Shown: positions 42,378 through 54,700 of the stretch, piece by piece | Position numbering within the stretch: position 1 is the first letter of the stretch | How the letters are laid out: every line of letters starts with the position of its first letter | Assembly: GCA_964057225.1 (NCBI GenBank) | Contig: OZ059899.1 | Coordinates: 8,556,001-8,620,000 of the forward strand | DNA length: 64,000 nt | DNA from: Auanema rhodensis | Lineage: Eukaryota > Animalia > Nematoda | Direction of reading: 5' to 3' | The notes under the pieces: model-generated | Database searches by the model: none | The model's input: the letters and a program-made list of their open reading frames with translations, nothing else | What the model was told of the DNA's origin: nothing | Position numbers and translations under genes: made by a program

Positions 42378-42387
42378 TCTTATCAGT
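42378..42387 (-). promoter_or_regulatory. Extended GATA site (ACTGATAAGA, ELT-2-type intestinal consensus) just upstream of the carboxypeptidase ATG
   Basis: Plus-strand TCTTATCAGT lies 53 nt upstream of the ATG. Further GATA cores occur near 42405, 42492 and 42614. Confidence 0.55.
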
Positions 42388-45300
42388 GACTTCACAGTCA
42401 ATCTCTATCAGCTTCTATAAGATATGGCCAAGAGAGAAGCACGACTAAGAAATGTGAACCAAGGAAAGTATACGTAACAATGCCCATGAGTAGATAATCA
42501 GTTCCGATTCTATTTAAGCTGTAGTTCTCTTTTGAACCACATTTTTATGAGTCGGTAGGACTTTGAAAGGTTATTGCACAAGAAAATCAGTATGTAGGTA
42601 AGTATGTAGAAATGATAATGTTCATGAATAAGACGTAGAAGCCTTATATTGTCATTTGTAAAACAAATTTAAAGAACTTCTAGAATAAATTAGAACAGAT
42701 ATAACAAAAAAATTTTAAATTCATAAGCCTTAAATTAATTCTACGACATATAATATAACAATATACATATACATTTATATACATATGATTTAAATATTCC
42801 GTAGTTGATATTTCAAAAAAATATATGGTTGTTTGGTGGTGGCATGTATTAACAATATTATTGTAAATTTGTTATATTTGAGTTGACCTTCATTTCTCTA
42901 CTAAAAATTTATGATAATCACCTTTTTTTAATTTTAGTTTCAACAAACAACACAGGTTATATGTATGTATGCATGTCCTAGCGAACTAAATTTAAAACAA
43001 AAACATACGTACATATATATATATATATATAACATCAATGTTTTTTTTTTCAAAACAAACTTTCAAAATATAGTTTAAGAACTAATTTACAATGGAAACA
43101 TTTTTTTATAAGATAAGACTTAAGCTTTCTTATAATTTGAACTAATACCCGTTGCAAATACAGTTGTTCGTAATGATAATGAGAGAGAAACCGTTTTCCT
43201 TTCACTACATTCGTAAAACAAAAAAAAGTTGAAAAGTATAAGTTAACGCACTTTTTACTATTTTTGTTTTAAAAAAATATTTGCTCAGTTCATTCTTTTT
43301 ATTAATTCTTTAATATTTTCTTTCAATTTATACTACTTTATGGTTTTCAATGCGATGTATACATCTGTCTCTTTCATTCCATTTTTCTCTGTCTGTCACC
43401 GGATGTATATGTTTCATTTCTTTCATTTTATCGAGATCATGTCTGTCTCTGATCTCGCACTCTAATCTTTCCTCGTTTTTTCAGAAATATTTCGTTCAAT
43501 TGTCCTCAATGTCTAATCTCTTCTCTTTTGTTTTAATCTTATACTTACAATATATTTGAAGTTAGTAAGTTAGTATATACTATTCTTTGCTTATAATATC
43601 TATTGTTATTATCTGTTTGAACTAACAAATACATATATGAAGCCTCATATCATCTGGTCAACAGATTAACACTATGATGTTCTAGTTATTGGACGGCTCT
43701 TACCACAAAAAAAAGTAAGCTATGTCCACGAACCGGAATTTGTACAAAACATGAAATTAGATCTTGATTTGTGTGTTATATAGAAACCTTCTTCGTGTCA
43801 AACTCGTGTATATTATGTCAAATTTGCTTATTTTCCTGAAGTTTTTATTTATTTGGTTTTTAATATTTTTGTTTATGATATCATCATAGTTATGACTTTT
43901 TTTATTCCTATAACTTAACATCTGCCTTTAACGTATTAGTTTATTTTAGACATGTAAATATGGAAATTGTCATTATCCTTTAATCTACTATATAAAAACC
44001 TTTAAAAGATGTTTTTAAACTTTAAATATCTTCTTATAAAAAGAGAAAATACAGATTTTTATCGAATTTGCGATCATATGTCTGACTATTTTTACTACAA
44101 ACTAGAAAACGTTAACAGTTAAAATCACTTTTTATATTTTTAGTTTCAATGCTACGTCTTCATATTTTTTTATACTTATTTGAAATCTCCATCAACATAT
44201 CTCAATCAATTATTTCAAATTCGATTAAGGTCAAAGGGTATATATGGGCGAAATGATACAATTCATCATAACAAGTATATGATCATTTAGAGATATACTT
44301 TATCACTACTATACTAAATGTGAATCATTCTATCTTGTCTAACTAAGGTCATTTTTATCTCATATTTAATGATAAGAAAACCTCAATACTCAGCATTTGG
44401 CGAATTCTTATAAATCATGAGAAGAACAAATGCTCTGTGTCCTTTTCTGAATTGCTCTTTTCGCATTCTCATCAACGTCACAGTTATTTTCAAAGTAAAT
44501 ACTATTGGTCAGTTTTCCTTTTCCAAATATCGAACAGTTCTAGTTAAACTCAGCGTACCCAAGATCTTCGGAGTCAGAGAAATGAACGCATCAACGACAT
44601 ACATTGAGAAACTGCTCCTCATCATCATCATACTGCGCATATCTACGAAGAGAACACCCCCAAAAGAGAACTCCGTTTCTATCTCTCAGCGGTCTATTAG
44701 TGTATTGCGTAGACTTCGAGTTGATGCAAGGACAGGTGACCACGCGCGTGCGAGCTCCCTGAGGTCAAAATTTGGCTAGTAGCTTAGCATTGCAACAATA
44801 TATATATCTATCTTTTCCCTTTTATTCTTATATTGTTGTTCAACCTTATCTATCTATTCATTAATTCTTAGATTCGTTTCTATTAACAGTGACAGCTGAC
44901 AACAGTGTGATACCTGCTCTCGCTCGAACCCTATCTAAGACAATACACTTCCACTCATACACACACCGCTGGTGATGCAAAAAAAGAAAATCAACAGTTA
45001 AAGGCTTCTACCCCTATCGCCTGATGTCTTTCTTTTCGTCTCATCACCCAGCCTGGTCCCACAACCATCCAACTAGACAGGCAACCACTGCTAGCCATCA
45101 CCATCCGACGGCCTCCCTAGTCTCGTCCGGCCACAGACACATCAGCTCGCGAGCGTTCTGCGTCGCGGCTGGTGCGATTAATGTGCTTTTTTGAGCATGA
45201 TTGCGAACACCCTTTTACTTTTTCATTCAATTACGAACCAGTTTTGAGATTGTTTTGGCGGTTCCCTTATATATGAATATCAAATTTGTTATAGTTTACT

Positions 45301-45778
45301 CTTATATTTTTAAAAAAACTGAATATCTCGAGTGAACCTTAGCTATATTCGACTCTAATAGGAAATCACTTTTGTTTATTTTGGGAATGTCAAAACATGG
45401 AAGAGTAAAGTAATGAAAATTTAAAACGTGTATGAATTCTCTAGATTGCCGACAGCACTCTACGTTGCTTCTTTTTAACTTTACAACAGCCCTCAATGTG
45501 TCCTCTCTTATTCTTGTCATACTTTTCCACGCTGGTTTCAGCCCTATTTCAAGGTTGATTATATGATTCGATTTATTCTTCAGAGTTTTGCCGATTAATT
45601 TATAAGTCTGGACAAATAAATGAAACACTGTTTACTCTGTGATCTGTCTAGTTATTTAGCTCTTTATACTGACCATGTGTTCTACTTGTTTACCTATCTT
45701 CTGGAATTGCCACATCTTTCTCATTATCTTTTATAAATTTCGCACTTGTTATAAGGATAATCAAAGTGTTTTAGGTAA

Positions 45779-46876
<1,098 letters not shown>

Positions 46877-47158
46877 AATTATTTTCTTTTTTTCGTACTG
46901 TATTATGCTTAAGACAATTCTAATTTAATGCATTTCACATTATTTTCACTAGGTTATTATTTTTGTTCTCGTTAAGTTTTCATTCTATTTATAAACTATA
47001 TAGTTTAGTTTCTCTACAAAATAGTCTCGCTCTGGGTTTCCTCTGTCTGTGTTCCTGTTTTTAAAATTCAAATAAAATAATTTATTCATTATCTTTTACC
47101 GCGTATTATTTTTTATAAAGGCCTCTTGGACTAGACGAATTAACGGATATTCTCTGAA

Positions 47159-48834
47159 TCAGTTTAGAAAGTTTAGAAGGGCAATCTCTGCTCCTTTTAC
47201 AGGCTCACAAACAAACACACTGGCATTGCCCCCTTTATAATTTTCCTGAAAACATTATTTTAGTTTCAGTTCAATATAATATCCAAAACCTTTATAAAAT
47301 TTTCTAAATTGGACACATTTTCTTTACGTACCAGTGTTACAGTACAACCACCAAAACCTCCACCTACAAAGTATAATTGAAAAGATTAATTTTTTTCATT
47401 AAACCTGTCATACGGGAACCAAAAACTCCTTTGACTTGGTGAGCTAAGTTCACAAGTTCATCTAACTCACAACATGATACTTTGTATTTATCCCTAAACA
47501 ATTTCGAAATACAAAATTCTAACTACGTTAAAAAACCTCAAGGAAGCATGACTTTCACTCATCAGTTTTCCGAACATTACAATATTGTTATCCAATAAGG
47601 CTTCAGTTGCTCTAGCTGTTCTTTCGATTTCTTCAACCTAATTTAAAACTTCAAAAATACTATTCGACAATTTCGAAACTGACGACGTGGAAAGCATTGT
47701 CTTGCATTCCCTCAAATTGTTTTAAGACTTCAGTGTTGGCCTTGATCATATCTCGAGTAACATCTCTCCAAGACTTGACGTTGAACCTCAAGTTTTTTTT
47801 TCAGAAATTTTTTTAGGTGTGATACAACTTACAAACTCAAAGCTTTATCAACACTTTCCCTTCTCTTGCTATATTCTCCTTCTGCAAGCTTATGCTTAAC
47901 ACCTGAATTGATTACTACGAAGACAGCATCAGCCGAGAAGACGATAGGAATACGATCGTACTCTAATGATCTAAAAAAAAAATACATTCAAAACTTGGAG
48001 AAAAAATAGATACCTGCAATCAATTTTCAAAGCACATGGAAACTGAGCTAATGAAATTACGAATTGGTCCATTATTCCACAAGGAACTTTAGCATATTCA
48101 TGTTCGCATTTTTGACATAATAAAGCTCTTTGATCTAGACTCATTGTTGTATCTAAGTAAGAAGCCGTAATCGAAGTTGGAAAAAAATTATATTTACCAG
48201 GGTACAGTTGAGATACAAAGTACGAAGTTGCCAACTCTAACGCTGCAGAACTGCTAAGTCCACTCCCAACAGGAATTAGGGAATGCACGACCGCATCAAA
48301 AGCAACATCACAATTAGTTAAAGCCAAAACTCCTCTAATGTAATTGCTCCAACTTGGGTATTCCTAGAATATCAAAATAGATGATAGAGGAAGAAAACTT
48401 TTTTTGTCCTACTTTATGATTTTGTTGATATGGGATATGTAACTCTGCCGTTTGCTTTAACGCCGATGAGTAAATACGTGAAGTTTTCTCCATATCAGGC
48501 CTTTTTTTTCCAATAAAAACCATATACAAGGGAATAGCCTTAAAACATTTTGTTTAGAAAATACTACAGAGCAAAATAGCTGATCGTATACCATTGGCAA
48601 GACAAAACCATCACAATAGTCTATGTGTTCCCCAATGAGATTTACTCTGCCAGGAGCAATAGATGCTAATAAATCATTAAGAGGTGTTGCGCCAAAATGA
48701 GTAGAAAATAATTCGTAAGCTTCACGAATGACACGATGCTTAGCTTGAAGAATATTTACAGTTTCAGCAGCAAACTCTTTCTCAAGTGGTTCATCACAAA
48801 TAACATCGCCGACCGCAAAGTCGGTTCTATTCAT
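47159..48834 (-). CDS. Galactokinase (GHMP kinase, GALK1-type)
   Basis: Motifs [68 protein letters not shown] and [17 protein letters not shown]. Confidence 0.93.
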
Positions 48835-49105
48835 ACCCTTGATCTAAAGAAAGTTAATTATTTAAATTAATCAAAAAAACATGAAAATGCGGATTTATTA
48901 AAAGCGCAGTTTAATTTCAAGAGTTTCAGCTATACAGTAGAAATCAGAATGTGTAATTAAAACCTACAGCGGTAAATTGCGTACCTTGAAAATTCAAAAA
49001 ATTAAAAAATAGCTTCTCCGTCTAGTTTATAACATTTAGATTTTATTTATAATATGTTTCATAATTAGTGTAAATTGAGAAAATGTAAATGTTTTTATTC
49101 AGAAA

Positions 49106-51195
49106 ATGGCTCAAGAGGAAAAGGTTGCGAATCCTCAAAAAAGAAAAAATGTTGGTGATCTTTTTACAAGCATATAAATAAAATTATTTATAGGAACATT
49201 TGATTCCTGATGAAGAAGAAGAAAAATTGGCCAAAAGACTGTTTGGAACAAAATCATTTGGATCGGAAAGTGACACTGATTCCGATAGCGAAGACGTTCC
49301 AGTTCAAGTAAGAGGGTAATCATAAAACCTAATAATGCTACTTATAAGGTTGAAAGTACAGTAAATGAAAAAAAAGGTGTATGGGCCGATGATGATGACG
49401 ATGTTATGGAAGAAGTTGTTTTACCCAATAAGAAAACGTCGTATATATTAAAAAGAAGTACTGATTCCGACAATGTTGTTTCTAAACAGGTATATTCAAC
49501 ATTATCGTTTTGAAATTACATTTTTAAAATTATTTTTATTCACTCAATTATTTTAATTTACATGTGTTCATATAGGAATATCAACTTCGTCTTCGTGCTG
49601 CCTTTGAGAGAGTACATAATGCTGGGAAAAAGCCTACCTGGGCTAAACGGTCCAAAGGTTTTAATATTAGATATTAGAAAATTTAGATTATATTCATATA
49701 TTTAGATGTTCAAACCGATGAAAAAGATGAATCGGATGATGAAGTTTCTGAGGCATTAGAACTGATGACCAGAACCACAGGAAAGTATGTTACAATTTAC
49801 AATTTCTCAGTTATCATAACTACAATTTGCTTAGATATACGGAGAAAGATATTTTATTACCAAGAGGAGCTATAAAAACTAATCTCTTACAAAATATACA
49901 AGTGGGACACAAAGAAAGTGTAAGTAATAAGAAGTTTTGGAATTGATAATGTGATTGTTTTATAGAAAGCTGTAAATGTTCTTCGTTTTCATAGAGTTAA
50001 GCCTGTTTTACTTGCTGGCTACCAATCAGCTAAAATTCAACTCTATCAGGTTTGCAATTTAGTTTTTTATATTTTAAAATTTAAAAAGTTTCAGATTGAT
50101 AGTGAAGTAAAGAAAGAACATTTTTTGCAAGAAGTACAAATACCTCAATTTCCTATTAATAGTATGGATTTTATTGCTGGAGGCAATGCTGTGGTTTGTG
50201 GATCTCGGGCTCAAGAGTATTTCATGAAGTATGATATAGTATCAGGACACCTTTCTCAATCTCGTTTACCAAAATGTAAGAACCATTTAACATAGTTGGT
50301 TTGATATCTTAATTTAGCTGTTCAAAAACAAAATGTTGGTAAATTTGCTGTTTCTTCTGATGGATTATTCATAGCCGTAGGTGGTCATAGTTGTGAAGTT
50401 CATTTGTTATCGGCTGCTGTCAGTTGTCACGTTATGGCTCATTTTCATAACATTGTTATATTTCAGTCTATGGAACATATTAAGTCTATGTCTTTCTCTT
50501 CACAAATTGTTTCTCTATCATTCACACCTGGTTCTAGTAGAGAATTATGGATTATGACTGGTATGAAAAGTGAAACCTTCAAAGGATTTGTATATATTTT
50601 TAGAAAATGGAGAAGTTGCTTTCTGGGATATTAAAGCCTGTGATTTGCATACTTTTGTTGATGAAGGAACTGTTAAGGGAACTTATCTTACCTTGAGCAA
50701 TAGAGGAGAGTTTTTGGCTTGCGGGTTAGTTTGTTTGTTTTTTTTAATGAAAATAATGAAATATTGTAGGTCCAACACTGGTATTGTAAACGTATATGAG
50801 CCTAGTGAAGTTCGTCAGAGTAAGACACCAAAGCCATTAGCCACTATTCAAACTTTGAGCACCTCATGCGAGCATATCACATTTAGTTCTGATTGTCAAA
50901 TATTGGGTGCTGCTAGTTCTGTCAAGGTTTGGATAAAAGGATTTTCGTGTTTAATTTCGAATATGTTTAGAAAAATCAAGTTAAACTTATGCACTTACGC
51001 AGTGGTACTATGTTTTCTAATTTCCCACAGCGTTTTGAAAATGTAAGATCTTATCATTTTTCAAAGCATTGGTTTTTTTTTCAGATTCCACAGCCCACAT
51101 GTGTCAATTTTTCTCCTAATAGCGGCTATATGGCAATTGGTTCTTTAAATGGTGCTCTTCGTGCTTATAGAATTGAACATTTTGAAGAATATTGA
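49106..51195 (+). CDS. UTP18: U3 snoRNA-associated protein 18 (WD40)
   Basis: LEQNHLD/LFG N-terminal segment, VWADDDD, EYQLRLRAAFE...KPTWA, FVDEGTVKGT, GSNTGIVNVY, VHL.SGTMFSNFP and FSPNSGYMAIG. Confidence 0.88.
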
Positions 51196-51764
51196 TCGTT
51201 GAAATGTTTCTATTCATTATGTACACTTATGAATTATTTCATTTATGGTTATCACATAGTTGATTGTTACTTTTTTCAATTGTTATTGTTGTCTGTTTTG
51301 TTGATTTCATTAAATCTTTATCGATTTCATTAATTGTAGAAAATAAAATGCTAATCCACATGTTCGCTATATAACCAGAGAAGATTGTGAAAAAGCGTTC
51401 TCTAAGTTCAGATAGATTGATCTTACCGACGAAGGAGATGACTTGCCATAGAAAACTTGTTTCTTCTTTAGTCCAGTCTGGTTCAATAGTTGCAAATAGC
51501 CGCAGGCGCATTCGTTGGGCGCTCAATATTCATGCGGAGAGCTCACCTCAGATTGCGTACATTTTCCAAAACCGATATCAAATTTGTTGTTTACCAATTT
51601 GTTTGCAGTAATTTTATCTAAGCTCATGCTCATATTTTAGATGCCTTTATATTCTTTTATTACTATTGTTTTATCATTCATGAATCATCATACTTCGTGG
51701 TGCTTACTAATATATATATATATATATGTTGGACAATTTTTATTTTTTTAGAATTATCAAAATT

Positions 51765-54700
51765 AATGACTAGCTTATTTCGAGGGGCATTAAACCTTAT
51801 TCAGGGGGATCCTTCTGGTTCGTTTCCGCACTATATTTAAATTTTTTTAAAAATATTGAGCTGTATGCTATATTTTTTTTTTAAGGAGGAAATAATTCTG
51901 GTAGTCATCCTTTGGTTGGACAGGACGTTGATGTGGGTGGTGTTCGTTTACGAATAAAAAGTCTTTTAGCAGAAGGTTTGATTTATCCGTAATGGAGTGA
52001 TTGTTTGAATCTTTCTTTAGGAGGTTTTGCTGTTGTTTTTTCTGCTCAAGATCAGCAGGGTCACTGGTTCGCATTAAAAAGACAATTAGCTAATGATAGG
52101 GAAGCAATTCAAGTTGTAATAAATGAAATTAATTATTTGAAAGAAGTTAGTTTTTTTTATAATATATATTTGTCATCTTTAATTGTTCAAGTTGGGTAGT
52201 GGGCATCCCAATATTATTCGGTTTGTCCAAGCTGCTCAATCTAAGACTCAGAATGGTGGTGCTGAATTCTTGCTATTAACTGAATTATGCAATGGTTTGT
52301 TTTTATTGTTATAAATATTACAAAATTACAACTTTAAGGCGGTTCCGTAGCTGAATTATTAAAAACGATAAGATTTAAGCCTAATCAAGTTTTGAAAATT
52401 TTTTACTCCTCATGCAAAGCCGTTCAATCTATGCACTGCAGGGAGAAACCTATTACTCATAGGGATATGAAGGTTGGTTATATATTTCAAACGAAAAGGT
52501 GCTAAAATTCTTAATTCTCATAATTATAGGTTGAGAATCTACTAGCAGATAATCAAGGAAATATTAAATTATGTGATTTTGGAAGTGCCACCAGAGAAAT
52601 TCTTTTCCCCAATGATGACTGGACATCATTACAGCGTACTAGATTGATTGAAGATGTTCTTATTTTTTAATTATCATAACTTTGATATATTGTTTAGATG
52701 CAAAGAAACACTACCCCTATGTACAGAGCACCTGAAATCCAGGATGAGTATATGAATTTACCTGTCGGTCCACAGCAAGATGTTTGGGTAAGCATTTTGT
52801 TGTTTATCTTTTTGATAAATAATATATTTCAGGCTCTAGGCTGTATCTTATTTTATCTAAGTTATGGTGTACATCCTTTTGAAGATTCTGCTAAGCTTCG
52901 TATTGTGAATGCTAAATATACAATTCCAACTGATGATCAAGAATATACAATGTTCATTCCTCTAATTCGTAAGTTATTTTCTATCTTTATGCTTCTTTTT
53001 ATTCTATTACTTTTTCAGAATCTTGTTTAAAAATTGATCCCAGAGAACGTCCTACTATCAAAGATTTAGTTGAGAGGGTAGAGGCCTTAGCTGGTGCTAT
53101 GGGAGTTGCTCCTTCAGGTCCTGTTGAAGGTCTCACTAATAGTACTAACTCTACACAGGTATTTCCATTTTTTATTCTGCCAATAAATGAATTTACAGTC
53201 TAATCATATTAATCCTTTTTCTGCCGCTAGTGTACCTCCTCCTAGACCTCCAGCCCCTCGACAAGATGTAATATTTACTCTTTTGCTTTTTTCGTAAATA
53301 TTAATTAAGGCTTCTGACGTTTCTCAACAAGCTTCGGCAATGTTTGGGGCTATTAAGGGACAAGGATTATCTTTATTCAAAAACATAAAAGATAAATCAG
53401 CAGCAGTTGTTCAAACGGTCCAGGTAAAACACATTAACCATATACAATGCATAGGCTAAAAATTTTAATTTAAAATTTTAGTCAACCTATGGAGGGAGAG
53501 GGCCTGCTGTTACATGGTTAACCTCGCGCATAAGCTTAGCTCCTCAACCAGAAAGTATTCCGGAAGCATTAGCAACACAAGCAGAAGATTCTCTGAGATC
53601 ATATTCTGCTGAGCAAGGACGACCATATTTAGTAGTTAACATATCGCAAAGGTAAATAAATAATTTGTTTTTCCAATAATGGAAATTACCAAGTTTATGT
53701 TAAACTTTCTTGTTTATTATAAATATCATTAATGATTGGCATTCAGACGTTTGAAATGCGAGTTTCCGACTCGTCCTGTTGAACATTTGTTCCAATATCC
53801 TTCTTCTTGTGTTTCGCCTACTGTGAATACCCTGCTGAAGGTTTCTTTTATTTTGTTTTTAAAAATTTTACTGTTATTTGCAGATATGTCGTGAGATGAT
53901 GCAGTTTTTACGCCAAAATCCTAATGGTTTTGTTCTGATATACGGCTTAGAAGGTAAAATTCATTGTTCACAATTCAAAATTGTGATTTGTTTAGTTCAC
54001 TGTGTATTACTATCTGCTACTTTCCTTCTGTATGCTCGAGTTTTTACTAACCCATTAAAAGCAGTTGAAATGATTACAAAAAAAAGGGGAAATGTGTTGC
54101 TCCCTCCATCCTCACATAAGGCACTGGAAGTTGTAGGAAAAATTGTTAGTACTCCTAGGGATGTTCTTCAGCCAGTAATACATTTAAAACTTAAAATAGT
54201 TGTTAATTTTCTATATTTAGCAAATTCATAATTTTCCTATACGTCTTAATAAATTGCACATGGAGCCTCTCCCACTATTTAATCGAATGAGAACTGGCTG
54301 TAGACCATTTGCAGAAATTTATGCTGGAGGTACAAAGCTGTGGAGTACTTATCGAGAATATGAACAGCTCAAGTATGCTAGTCAGAAATTATTGGGGAAT
54401 TAATTGAAATTTTCAGATCCTTCGAAATTTCGGAATCCAAGTCAGCGGAGATTGAACTCGGAGATATCCCCGTTGGTGACGATGTCACCGTTGTTTTATA
54501 CCATGCTCGCTGGAGCAAGATTCAGAATAAAATGCAGCAGGTTGGTATCATGTTATAATAGAAAAGATTATTTAGCCTTTATAGGTAATAATGTTCTCAA
54601 TGGGATTCCATGCTAATTTCTGGAATACAAAAGAGCATGTGGTTAAATTTCACTTTGGCGATTTAGACACTAATGCAGAGGAAAGTCGTAATATTCCTGA

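Noticed and set aside
44757-44778. lin-4/mir-125-like seed TCCCTGAG
   Set aside because: No complementary arm nearby to form a pre-miRNA hairpin.
51239-51526. SANT/Myb-like protein from the WTKEET-containing ORF
   Set aside because: Only one short motif matches, the ORF start is non-ATG and the later helices are unconvincing. It is kept only as an alternative in the island finding.
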